Source of the DNA: Rhodosorus marinus CCMP1338
Lineage: Eukaryota; Plantae; Rhodophyta
Assembly (NCBI GenBank): GCA_029953675.1
Contig: JAMWBK010000003.1
Coordinates: 1,984,001 to 2,048,000, forward strand
Direction: 5' to 3'
DNA length: 64,000 nt
In this document: positions 1 to 11,473 of the stretch, in pieces
Position numbering within the stretch: the first letter of the stretch is position 1
Layout: each line of letters begins with the position of its first letter
Made by a program: the position numbers and the translations under genes
Notes under the pieces: model-generated
What the model was told of the DNA's origin: nothing
What the model saw: the letters and a program-made list of their open reading frames with translations, nothing else
Database searches by the model: none

Positions 1-1197
1 CATCCGCCACAAAGCCCTGCTCAGCCATCACATCCCTGGACACCGAGACACCAGGACAAGCTCAGCGAACACCAGCTTCCCAATCCGTAATAAACCGATC
101 ACTACATGTTCCAAACCGAGTCTAGGAGACGCTTTCAGGACCACTCTCCATATCATTCCCTTACACCAGACAAAAGCAACCTGACCATCTACACTGTGAC
201 GCTCCACCAACCCTCCCTCCCTCTACATCACATGAATGCCAGCGGCATCGATCGGCGAGGCAAACACCAATCCCAACTCTAGCTCAATGCTCCACGTAAA
301 CAAACCAATGCGGCGCAGCGGATATTCAACTTATTCACAGGAAGAAACTGTTTCTAGTGCACATCACTAGAGGCATATAGCAGTGAAATCGATGGAATAA
401 TCTAAATCTCTACTAATGTCTGAATCCATCCAACGGAAAGGGTGCAGCCACCGCTCCAGGACTCGTGTAATTCATTAACTAGAAGCCGCGAGAACTCAAA
501 AATACTATTCGGATCACAAACACCGTTTCCATTGAAAATGATTCTTCCTCTGTGAGACGATCTTCTAATTCTAAAGAATGAAAGAGTTTAAAACGAACTT
601 CAAATGAATGAAAACCTACAACGACCTCAACTATGAAACAAGATGTTAGTCTTCCATCCAACGGTGTCCAGTCAGGAAGGCCGGCAAAAACGCCTCCTTG
701 TCCCGCCTCCCCCGTCCCCTTTTGCCCTCTTCATATTACTTTATATTGCAAATCTCTCCTTGAAGGAGATATAATATATTTTCATAATAAAATCAAATAA
801 ACGCCAATTTTCTTTGTTCCCCTCTCAATCGAATTGAATTGGAAAAACGCCCGCCTCCTGGGCCAAATTAATTTCAAAAGTTCAACAAATGACAGTCTTT
901 TAAATTTTTGGATTTTTGGAAAATATCTTTCCTCCCCTTTTTTTGGTCCCATTTCTCATAGTATTGCGACGTAAACAAGATACTAAATGTGTATCCAATC
1001 GTTTCGTGCTTGCCCGTTTTGTAATCTTGATTTGCTTTAATGTTTGGAGACAATCACCGAATAAAATATAGACACGCGTCTTTTATAGAGTTGTTTTTAC
1101 GAATGGAGAATCGACGCGTGTCGTCTCTGGGGAGGGCGAGGAGTCTGTTGAATGTGAGGGGGCGAGCTCTGGAGTCAGGTGGAGAGTTCTTACAAAC

Positions 1198-1200
<3 letters not shown>

Positions 1201-1243
<43 letters not shown>
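1201..1243. repeat. (AG)21 microsatellite
   Basis: Uninterrupted agagag run at 1201-1243, upstream of the P450; it produces the spurious ER/LS-repeat ORFs in the track. Confidence 0.97.
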
Positions 1244-1248
<5 letters not shown>

Positions 1249-1808
1249 GTACGAGCGGCAAGGTGAATAGCTTGTTCAGGATTCGTCCAATAGCTATTTT
1301 GGCCTGCGAGATTTTGGGGACAATCATTTTCCCAAAAGCTCCGGGTTACATTTGGCAAACAATGCCGAGACAAAGAGGGCGTGGATAAGCGTTCCAGAGT
1401 GATAGCCATCCACCGCTGCTGCGTGTGTCATCTCGACATTCACCAATAGTCGTTTTCCGGGTTGAGATTGAGCTTGCCGAGCATAAGACGCGAATAGCGA
1501 ATCTTGATAGACGGCTGGCACCTTCTGCTTGGGAGCCAAAAATATATTCGAAAACTAGAGATTTCGGGTTACTGCTGGAAGCTGGAATGTTCTTCCCCCC
1601 TGTCGAGAAGCACGGGCCAGTGAGAGTAACAGCCGACCATGGTTTTAAAGATTATGGGGTGTGATGGAGAGTTCTTATAGTTCCAGGCCTTTGGCCAGCG
1701 TCTTTTTTTGTCTGACGACAGAGCGGTGGGGCTGCGTTGGAGCTGCGATTACCAGCTCTGTGGACGGGTTTGGGTTGGTTTGAACTTTTGGGGCGGTTGT
1801 GTACAGAT

Positions 1809-3302
1809 ATGGACGCCGTTTCCGTTTTTGAACTTTTGGTACTATGGATCGTCGGGTACGGGACATACAAGTACCTGAAATTCCGATTGAATCCGCTTTA
1901 CCTTGCTGTAGGCCCCCCAGTGAAGGTTCCCATTGTGGGGCACCTGAAGGAGCTGGCTTTTGAGGAGGCGACTGCTCCGATGCTGAGGTGGGCCAAGGAG
2001 TATGGAGATTTCGTTGTTTTTCATACCTGGTTTTGGACCCCAACTGTTCTTGCTACCAGCAAGGAAGCTGTTCGATACATTCTGGTAGAGCATGAAGAAA
2101 AGTTCTCGAGGAGCCCGCTGACTAGGGCAATCCTGTACGATATCGTTGGTGAGGGCTTGTTGCTGAGCAACCACGATGTGCATGCCAGGCAGAGAAAAAT
2201 GCTTGCGCCAGTATTCGCGCCGGGCAACCTCCCCAAGTTCATCAGCATATTCCTTCAGAAGAGTAACGAGGTAGCGGATCTATGGGAGGAACAGATAAAA
2301 GCGTCCGGGGACGACCGCATCGTCGAGTCGGGATATTTAACATCCGTGTCAGTGGCGATGGACATCATAGGCCTGGCGGCATTCGGCTATGATTTTCGAG
2401 GGGTCAGCAAGAACGATAAGGCGTCCGCAGTTTCCCAAGCCGCGAACGAGTTGCTTAAGCCTATGAGTACTGCCGGCATGAGGCTGCTGAACTTGTTTCT
2501 AGCCTCGATTTCCCCGACGCTTTCCGTTTGGGCAATACCCAGCAGGACAAAAAACATAAGAACTCTCCGGAGGGCCGTTCAGGACGTCATCGATGCGCGA
2601 AGGAAAAAGCTGGAAAATCAAGGGGAATTCACTCAGGACCTGCTCGGGCTGATACTTGAGGCTGACGCAAGGAACGAAATTACTGACAAGGAGCTGGTCG
2701 ACCACTGCTTGACTTTTCTCATAGCAGGACATGAGACTACCTCTTCAGGTCTACAGTGGATCACAGTTGTCCTTTCGAAGCATCCAGAAGTGGTTGAGAG
2801 GATTCGCCAAGAGTTGCACGGGAAAGAGTTTACGTTTGAGACTCTACGAAGCTCCAAATATCTGAACGCCGTCGTAAAGGAGGTGCTAAGGCTATATCCG
2901 CCGGTGCCCATTGTGTCGAGACAAGCCGTGGAGGACGTCGTGATTCAAGGGTTCAGAATTCCGAAGAAGACGCTAATTGTGCTTCCTCAGGGCGTGATAC
3001 ACTTGCTTGACGAAAACTTTGACAACGCAGACAAGTTCATTCCGGAGAGATGGCTGCGTGAGGATAACCCAGCCAGGGCCTCCAACTTCATGGGATTCGG
3101 TGTCGGAGGGCACAACTGTATTGGCCAGCGATTCGCATTCTTCGAGCTCCTGGTTCTGGTAGCGGTGTTATACACGAGGTTTAATATACAGACAATGGAG
3201 GAAGACTACAGAAAGTATTCGCGGGTGACAATGAAACCATCACCAGAGTTGTTCGTTCGAGTGTCCCTCCCCAAAGAGCAAACGCGCGTCCTAAGGACGT
3301 GA
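1809..3302 (+). CDS. Cytochrome P450, intronless, N-terminal membrane anchor
   Basis: ORF 1737..3302, likely ATG at 1809 (MDAVSVFELL). Motifs AGHETTS (I-helix), EVLRLYPP (ExxR), PERW and FGVGGHNCIG (heme Cys). CYP family not assignable by eye. Confidence 0.95.
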   Translation: MDAVSVFELLVLWIVGYGTYKYLKFRLNPLYLAVGPPVKVPIVGHLKELAFEEATAPMLRWAKEYGDFVVFHTWFWTPTVLATSKEAVRYILVEHEEKFSRSPLTRAILYDIVGEGLLLSNHDVHARQRKMLAPVFAPGNLPKFISIFLQKSNEVADLWEEQIKASGDDRIVESGYLTSVSVAMDIIGLAAFGYDFRGVSKNDKASAVSQAANELLKPMSTAGMRLLNLFLASISPTLSVWAIPSRTKNIRTLRRAVQDVIDARRKKLENQGEFTQDLLGLILEADARNEITDKELVDHCLTFLIAGHETTSSGLQWITVVLSKHPEVVERIRQELHGKEFTFETLRSSKYLNAVVKEVLRLYPPVPIVSRQAVEDVVIQGFRIPKKTLIVLPQGVIHLLDENFDNADKFIPERWLREDNPARASNFMGFGVGGHNCIGQRFAFFELLVLVAVLYTRFNIQTMEEDYRKYSRVTMKPSPELFVRVSLPKEQTRVLRT

Positions 3303-3373
3303 AAACCTACGGAACTATGGGTATGCTGCACTGGGATGTATAATAGTGTTTCTCGAGCTCCGCTAGCATGGTA

Positions 3374-4056
3374 TCAACCGATAGTTCTGGAGTACAGATT
3401 TGAAGAAAAGTGCCAAACGGAACTGTATGAGACTCGTTGCCCGGGGGAACCAAAAAAATTATCTAGTCTTCAAACTTTGGTGGAGACCTTACTTAATGAT
3501 TTCAAAGCCTGATCAGTACTTATATAAATGTTCTGATAAAGAGGCAAAATGTTCTTCTCAAGTTCTTGCATCGAGGCCATTGTGTCTTGCGTTATCGCAG
3601 CGATCTCAACCTCAGAAATCAGCCGCAGGATGTCTTCGAAAGATTGAGCAATATGTGAAGCTTCGACATCGGTCTAAAACCGAACAGAAAGAAAAACCTT
3701 TTAATCAGCTGTCCTTCTTGGAGACCAGAAGAAACCCGAAAACACAGAACGTAATTTTGATCTCGTATCTCCCTACCTGGTATTCTCCCACAGCATTCGT
3801 CGCCTTGTCTTCAATCGACGCTGCGTCCACAATATTCTGATCAACCAAAAAAACAAAAAACAACCATTAATCCACAGTCGGAAACAACCCACCAACAACT
3901 CAAACCGGAGCAAGACACCGAAACAAGTTTCCCCCATATAGTACACACCTGCAGCGACGTTACAATATTGTTCACCCTGTCATCAAACCTTTTGTACAAT
4001 GAATTCCTTACGTCAGCACCAGAAGTCTGACCTACTGCAGCATCTCTAGAAGCCAT
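3374..4056 (-). CDS. MED22: Mediator subunit 22-like, 4 exons (hand-spliced)
   Basis: Spliced translation MASRDAAVGQ...RFDDRVNNIVTSLQ|NIVDAASIEDKATNAVGEYQ|TDVEASHIAQSFEDILRLISEVEIAAITQD... with GT-AG introns kept in frame; resembles the MED22 core (human [26 protein letters not shown]). Last exon and stop are tentative. Confidence 0.65.
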
Positions 4057-4727
4057 CTTTCCAATCCAAACCAACTTTTAAACCCCTTTCCGCCATCCAT
4101 TCTTCCCAACCCCTATTCCCTCGCAACCCCTATCAAACCTCCATTTAGAGCTCCCTCCCTACATAGATCCGACTACGCCATGAAAAAAAACTCCATTTTC
4201 CCCCCCACGCTCAATGTACCAATTTCATTAAAGAAATTTCCTGGCCAAGCACTTAACCTTCGGATTGGCCAATGAGCCCTTAACTGAAAACCTCCAAAAT
4301 CATAGATTTTGTATTCATACTTCTAATACCCGTACTATCCGGAATCAATATTTTCACCGATTATGTCGAACTTATTATGTGAATAGATTTATTGTATATT
4401 AAATATTTACCAAAAGGGGGTTGGATATCTAGAATTTATTTTTTGCAGATTTTTTTTTTTTTCGGTTGGGAATTTCTCGTATTTTTGAGGTTTTGGACTC
4501 TGTCTGACTCTGTCTGACCGGCGGAATGGATTGGGAGAGATTTCCTCGATGGAGTAATGGGAACGGTGGGAGCGATGGGGGAGGGATGGAGAGGCAAAGC
4601 GAGGAAAGATGGTTGTGGACTATGAGGAGTTGGAATGTGTCTGGTTTAAGATACCATATTACAAGTATGGTGGAAGAGAACATGAGGAGTTTGAAGGTAT
4701 AAGGACGAAATTTGTTTTTGAAGAGGG

Positions 4728-5930
4728 ATGCAAGCCTGTCATCGGTTTATATTCAGTGTGAGTCTTGAGACTGGGGAGGGTGAGGGTGTATTCGTTCTTG
4801 GTTCTTTGCCAGAGTTGGGAAAATGGAATGTAAGGAATGCGATTCCTATGACTCGATTGGAGAGTGAGGAAGATGGGGATTGTCTTTGGCAGGTCGTTGT
4901 AGATTTTGGGTCAGCACCGAATCCAGGGTCCACCTTTGAATACCGCTACTTTGTTGCTTTGAGTTGCGGTAACCTTGATCCTGGGCAGTCTATCAGATGG
5001 GAACGTCGGTCAGAGAGAAAGGCTGTTCTGAAAACTGGGGACGTACTGTTGGGGAGGTCGAAGCTTGAGGATACGCATGAACAGGGCCGCCTTCGCATCC
5101 CCCGAAGGGTTGCGTATGGACAGAATCTTTACATTCTTGGTGCGCCGAAGGAGATTGGCAGTTGGAATCCCTCGCGTGCGAAACGGATGAACTGGAAGCA
5201 TGGAAATGATTGGGGTCTCGTCGTCAACTTCCGGTTGGCAACTTTGGAGGAAAAGTTTGAGTACAAGGTTCTAGTCATTGGGGATGAGTATGAAAGCATG
5301 TCACATCTCGAACAGAAAAAGGCCTGGAAGGTCAGGGGGGAGCTACGAACCGCCGTTTGGGGTGAAGACTGGCAGTCTTGCGAGAAGGTTGAGGAGGTAC
5401 ATCTAGAACTAGGAGAAGAGACACGGACTCGGGAGACATGGGCGGAGGTCCTGGAAGCAGTGGCGGCACAAAAAGCGCGAGTCAGTGAGCTGCAAACTGC
5501 GCTTAAGAATGCTGACGAAAGATATCAGCATTTGCAGAAGGAGATGGAAATGGTACAGTCGGCGGGACATGCGGACGCGAGCGCCGGGGAGGAGAAGCTG
5601 CAGAACCAACTGACGGCTATCGAGGAATTGCTGCGGACTGCTCTGTCCGATTTGGCGGTCTCGGTGGAATCGAATGCCCCCTCTGAAAGCTGCGTACCGA
5701 TGAACGGCTACTACGAATCTTGGACATCGCAAACCAGGAGAAAAGAGTTGCTTTGCGCGATGAAGGTCTACTCGGCTCATGTTTCTAGGTTGGCACGATT
5801 TATGATGAGCTGGTTTGTAAGCAACGAGCCCGACCGTGTCGGACCTATCCAAGGCTCCATGTGGGGGTGGATTCTTCTCGGATCGTGGTACCCTGAACGG
5901 ACTGAACTCGCGCGCTCCTTTGGAACCTGA
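4728..5930 (+). CDS. Tandem CBM20 starch-binding domains plus coiled coil
   Basis: Two CBM20-like units (VFVLGSLPELGKWN...FEYRY and LYILGAPKEIGSWN...FEYKV) followed by a heptad-rich stretch (QKARVSELQTALKNADERYQHLQKEME). True start and 3' exons uncertain. Confidence 0.75.
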   Translation: MQACHRFIFSVSLETGEGEGVFVLGSLPELGKWNVRNAIPMTRLESEEDGDCLWQVVVDFGSAPNPGSTFEYRYFVALSCGNLDPGQSIRWERRSERKAVLKTGDVLLGRSKLEDTHEQGRLRIPRRVAYGQNLYILGAPKEIGSWNPSRAKRMNWKHGNDWGLVVNFRLATLEEKFEYKVLVIGDEYESMSHLEQKKAWKVRGELRTAVWGEDWQSCEKVEEVHLELGEETRTRETWAEVLEAVAAQKARVSELQTALKNADERYQHLQKEMEMVQSAGHADASAGEEKLQNQLTAIEELLRTALSDLAVSVESNAPSESCVPMNGYYESWTSQTRRKELLCAMKVYSAHVSRLARFMMSWFVSNEPDRVGPIQGSMWGWILLGSWYPERTELARSFGT

Positions 5931-6410
5931 CTAAAAGAGCCGATCAGAAGTCCTCCGAGCAAGGTAATAGACTGACCCGCCAAACTTGTCAAGGCTTTTG
6001 TCAGCGGACAAGCGAGTGCAAAGAACCAGCACTGGAGCAGGTGTATATAGTTACTATTTCTGAAACGGGCTCCAGCTACTATTTGAGATGAGGCTTCAGC
6101 GAACAGCCCCTCTATTAAGCCAGAATTTTTTTTTCCTGAGATCAAGACAGCACGTCACAATGCTGGAGTCGGACCTCGATCGTGCGTTAGCAACTCAAAC
6201 TACAAGTCCCCGCTCCGGCGTCGTAGTCGTTGTCGTTGTGGTTGTTGAGCTGACTTTTGCTTGTTGGATGTAGTCTTTGACAGACCTGTTTTTTGCGTAC
6301 AGAGATTTTATTACGTGTGTTACCCGAGATTAACGTAATCACAGAACTGGCGCTCCGGAAAACCTGTTAGATGCGTTTTCATGCTTTTTGCACTAGGTGG
6401 AAGTTGAGGT

Positions 6411-7027
6411 TTAGCGGCCACGCTTCAGAGCTTTGTCGATTTCCGCAAACTGCTGCGTCAACCTCTTCTTGCGCTTCTCGGGCACCGGATAGTTGTTTCC
6501 ATACGATGCGTAGTGACCACTGAGGGTGTTGATCGCGGTATACAGAGTGTTGAATGAAGCTGATCCGTTGACATTGTTGTTTCGACGATATCTGGCAACA
6601 AAGTCGTTCATCTCCTTCCTCACGTCCGAGACGACGTCGCTCATCCCCGGTGTCCCCTTCTTGAAGGTACAAACATTAATCATATTGTCCAAGACATTCT
6701 TCGCGTCTGCGGGGCAGGGAGAAAAGCAAGAACAAAACAATGTCAAAACCAGCCCCCTTTCTAAACGTCAAAAAAAAGCCTCTCAGAAGTGACGACTCCC
6801 CTACCATCAGCATAATTTCCGGACACCTTGGTCGGCGCTGCCTTTGTAGCCGCAGCAATACCGTCCTCAGCCAATGCGAAAGAAGGCACCAAAGCCGCAA
6901 GAGCACCCAACGAGAGGACATCTCTTCTAGACAGAGACATCGCCACAGCCTGCCTCTTCCTCTCACAAACCACCTCACGGGTACCCCCGACCCTCGCACC
7001 TACCAATCCACTCCCAACAAACGCCAT
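6411..7027 (-). CDS. psb27: Photosystem II assembly factor Psb27, nuclear-encoded, 2 exons
   Basis: Exon 1 7027-6805 (MAFVGSGLVG transit peptide, then SRRDVL...ALA lumen signal), GT-AG intron 6804-6707, exon 2 6706-6411 with YRR...SFNTLYTAINTLSGHYASYG...PEKRKKRL, typical of Psb27. Confidence 0.92.
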
Positions 7028-8529
7028 CTCTTCCTCCCAAACCCAATAAAACAAAATACACCTACAAAAAACAACCTACTACTCAATCCCTGTTCCCACC
7101 TCCCTCCCCCAAAAGCCACCCCATCCACACCCCCTTTCACTAGTCTCCCCAAAAAATGATAATCAGAAAATTCCCTAAAAGCTTTTTATGGATGAGAATA
7201 GCCTCTCATCCATGACTCCATTGCTCTTGTGTTTCCGTTGCCTCTTTCCACTCGACTAGTGATTGAGAAACACAAACACAATCCACACATCACACACACA
7301 ATACAATTCCTATCATATACTTAACCCCCCCGTGTGTCACAAAAACAACAAAATGGTTCCCATAATCGTTCAAAAATAAATTGCCAAAAACAAAAGCATG
7401 TATTGTCGCAAGTATTTTCCCCCCTAGTCACACATAAGAACATACACCAATCCCGATCAATCGGAGTTTTATTTAATATATATCTATCATATTAATTATC
7501 CTCATTTTCAGATTCTAAAGGACTTTTTTATTCTTTTTTTTTAACTCTATCTCCTTTTTCTGTTTTGATTGTAGTAGTTTATTCATTAATATAGTCCTTA
7601 TTTTACTTTTTGATGTTCTTACAAGTATTGTTGGAAAGTCTTAGATATTGGACCACACGTCCGCTGAGATTGTCCCCTACGGATAGACCCGGTAATATTC
7701 ATCTATTTTCAGGTTTTTCTTATCTGTATTTAAATTGTTTAAAAAATATGTTCATAAAGTTTTTTATTTATGATACATAAACGAATTATCGAGCAATATG
7801 GGTCAAACGTGTGTTTGTATTGGATTTCTTGAGTATGAATTATAGACTTAATTGTAGGTTTTCCGGATGCTTCAGTATAATTGGATATTAGTTCTGTAAG
7901 ATGGTGAGGTTTTACGACTATATTAATGTCGTTTTCTGAGTTAGCAGCTCAATTCCGCCGGGAGGTCCATTTTGTGACGGTTTAGGTGCATCGGCTCTCT
8001 TTTCTGATCTCCTCTGCAACAGGGCACAGCAGGTCTGCCCAAGCACTCTTTCACATAAACATATGCAGTGATAGTTCTGGACAACCCCGCGGGAAGGAGG
8101 ACACGCCGCGGAAAAGCTATTGGTATGGAAATGATGGCTGCTCGAAGAATTATCTTCAGACAAGAACGCACGAGGCCCAGCTCGCCGGTTCCTCCAGCCC
8201 TCCCTCGGAGAGTTTACGGCTGTGGACTCGGAGCCGGATTCAGAGTGAGGACCTATCAAATGTTCGGTCGGCGATCCCGATAGCGGATTTACAATGCTCT
8301 TCTTGTAAGGCGTATGGGCAAATGAAACGATCACTCTCCCAATGTCTCCGTCGTCCATCCTGGTAACCAACTTAGATCCGTGAATCGTGAAATCAACTAA
8401 AACTGTAACAAAGGAGCACCGGACGCAGAGAAAGGCAACCCCTATGCGCAAGCGACTTGTCGATAAGCAAGAACCCTCTATTTATTCTCAGGAATTCAAA
8501 ACGTAATCGGCGCCTCAAGTTGGAAATAG

Positions 8530-9231
8530 TTATTCTTCTGGTTTTGTCCCCGGGGTTTGGCTTTGAGTTGCCTTTTCTTTGAGGTAGAGGTATATACACA
8601 CTGTCGCTACGGCTGCGTCGAAACCCGCATTTACGAGTCCGTCCATAAGATAGCCAGAGTCTATTCCGCGCCAAACGTAGTAAATAGATCCACTGCCGAA
8701 GCCCCAGGAGAGGAAGAACAGTACTGCCTGTCTCGGCGAGAACGATGAGCGGGGGGAGTTCTTCAGAGTAGCGTACTCCTCGCTAAGCTTTCGTATCTGC
8801 TCCGCCTCCTCGATCACTTTCTGCTGTTCCCTGTCCATCATCTCCTCCAGCTCCCCGGCCTGCTGGTCAAACTTTTCCATCAGCTTCTCCAGCTTCTGCA
8901 TTTCTCCAGACTTGAGAACATTATCCCTCTTATTCTCTCTGTACTGCTCCAAATCCTCCTTCAGAGCATCCGCAAGCAACCGAATCTCCTTCTCCCCAAT
9001 CCTTCTAATCTCATCCGTTTCCTTCTCCCCATACTCTCCCTCGTCCTTCATATCCTTAATACTCTGCCTCAATGCCCTCTCCAACGCGTCCTGAACGCTC
9101 GAATCTCCTCCTCCAGACTTATCCACTTTCCCATCCTCACCGCAAACCAACAAACGCTTCCCAAACCTACGAGGACAACATCCCTTTCCGACCCGTCTAC
9201 ACACCCCAACACCAGAAACAAACGCCGCCAT
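8530..9231 (-). CDS. Hypothetical plastid-targeted coiled-coil membrane protein
   Basis: ATG at 9231 (MAAFVSGVGVCRR, transit-like), an E/K-rich coiled coil, then two hydrophobic segments near the C-terminus. No family recognised. Confidence 0.7.
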   Translation of the reverse strand: MAAFVSGVGVCRRVGKGCCPRRFGKRLLVCGEDGKVDKSGGGDSSVQDALERALRQSIKDMKDEGEYGEKETDEIRRIGEKEIRLLADALKEDLEQYRENKRDNVLKSGEMQKLEKLMEKFDQQAGELEEMMDREQQKVIEEAEQIRKLSEEYATLKNSPRSSFSPRQAVLFFLSWGFGSGSIYYVWRGIDSGYLMDGLVNAGFDAAVATVCIYLYLKEKATQSQTPGTKPEE

Positions 9232-10280
9232 TGTCAATCCCTAGCCTCCGGAGATTAAGAAAACAAACAAACCGGGATCTGGTTATAACCTCACTACCCC
9301 TCCTATCCACACGCCTCCCCACCCATCTGACAACAACAAAGCCTTCCTCCCTAAAGCTAAAAACCAGAAACGTCAAAGTCAACTGACATCCTGTTCGCCC
9401 ATCTCTCAAAACAAAACCCTCGCCAAGCCGTCACGTCTCCAATCCACAGCTCCGCCGATACCTGTGAGAATGACCCTGCCGAAGTATAGAAAAATACACT
9501 ACTCGATGCAAAGTTAACTAGAGACGCCGATGCTGAGAGAGAAGAGCAAAACCCTAGTTAAGAGATCTCTAATGTGGCCTCTGTCTTAAGAGGCCCGGCC
9601 TTTTCAGGTTCAACTCCCCGTTGTTATCTCTGAACAAGCGATGACGAGTTCAAGCAGGATGCGTAAGTTGTTCCCATTCTGTATTCTACCCTACTCGTGG
9701 AGATGAGGCTGATGTATTCAGAGCCCCAAACGGATCCGAGCAAGGCTAAGCTTTACTTTTCGAGGCACTGCTTTTTCGCAGTCGAAACGATGCTACAGAA
9801 AACTATCGATGATAACTGGGATGGACCTTGTGCAGCTCCTCTCGCCATATACTCAGGACCCAGCACGTCGCTTGTAATGATCGCTGCGTAGTGCAGGTAA
9901 AGCTCCGCCAGACTCGTTTGTTTCTTTCCATCGTGCCCTCTCGCCTTCCGCAAGTTTAGTCTGAGCGCTTGACGATGATTCTTTGAGAGTCCAAGCAAAG
10001 GTTTTAGATGTACGCTGTGGAACTTCGCTAAGAGAGCATCCTCGTGGTGAAGGAGCTAAGCACGCGCTTGCCGGCGTGCCGGCGTCCAGGTCGAACGGTG
10101 AACTTACGGGATTATATTTAATCAACGAACTTATTTGTGGATGGTGATGATCACGTGGAGCGCATGCACAAGCACTTGATCAGCCATCTCTTGTTCCCTC
10201 CGCGCGGGTTGGGTGGGGTATTGGGCACTTTGCGAAAGGCGCTTAGTCTCGGGCTTACCGATTGCGATAGAGCTAACGCG

Positions 10281-11473
10281 CTATCGCTCTCGGACCTTGT
10301 GATTGAACGTCAGAGCAAGTGATTTGCTATGTAGCTCCGGAGGAAGCTTAGCCTTCAGAAGATCATCGATCTCCTGCGCAGAATAACGTGCACTGAAATG
10401 TGTGAAAACAACCGCCTTATTCTGGAACAGGTGCGCCTTCTATGAACACCAGAAGAGACGTAAAATATCCCAGCATTCAGTACTCCATCCATGCACTTCT
10501 TCTTCTTCCTGACAATGCCTCTTTATCCCAAAGAGAGAAGCCAAGGGCCATACCTCAATCACATCTTCAATGTGTATATGCCCGAATCTCCTAGCATCCT
10601 CTGGTGAACTTGAATCATCTAAAAACGTCACCTCAATCACCAAAAGCGATGCGTTGCGTACATCCTCTTCCTCTTCGAGCACTTGAATAGTGGAATCACC
10701 AGGCACCGCGACCTCTGGAGTTAAAACCGATTGAGAGACTTTGACTCCGCTCTTTCTCAGACGACTAATCTCCTCAGAGCTCAGCTCAGCGTATTCATCG
10801 CACAATTTCTTCCTCTGAGAATACAGCAAATAGCCCTTTCACAGAACAAAAGGAAGGCGCCTTCAGCACATCGGAAGGTCTTCTAAACTCGAAAATGTGA
10901 GGAAGAATGGAATAGTCATTGAATCACCTGAGATGGAACGGTATGATACGTTGGAAACGATTTCAGGATTCTACCTTTCCCGAGGCTGTGGCTTGTCTCA
11001 TGTGGAATCATTTCCTGTATTTCATAATTCCAATTAGAACCATCGAGCTTCTCAAAAGCTTGGATGAGGGAACGAAAGTCTGACAAGATGGCTTTTGGGA
11101 CGAGGTAGGTAGGTGGTTTCATCTTTCTCATCGTCCTGGTCGCGACGTGCATCCCGATCCCTCCGATATGATCCATATGCGCGTGGGTAATGGCGACCGT
11201 CTCCATGTTGATGGCGGTTGGCGGACACCGCCCGATATCGATGGCCAGTCTGTACGACGGAAACTGAATGCATGTCTCCCAGCCCCCCACTGAGACAGCT
11301 GTCAATCGATGCCCGGCGACCTCAAGAATTGTGGATCGCTCCTGAATCCCATTCGAGGGAACACCTTCTACCGCCATCTTGACACTCATCTTCCTACTAC
11401 CGATTACTCCACTCCCGAACGAGCGACGGGGGATGACCCATGAACCACCACTCACCCAGGCGACATATCCCAT
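10281..11473 (-). CDS. tRNase Z short form, TM-type (plant TRZ1/TRZ2-like), 3 exons
   Basis: Exons 11473-10928, 10835-10554 and 10439-10281 with in-frame GT-AG introns. Motifs SVGGWETC..FP....DIGRCP, HAHMDHIGG (HxHxDH), YHTVPSQGY, TPEVA, EVTFLDD, GHIH and HFSARY. Confidence 0.9.

Noticed and set aside
1040-1409. ORFs with ERERER or LSLSLS repeats
   Set aside because: They are translations of the (AG)21 microsatellite.
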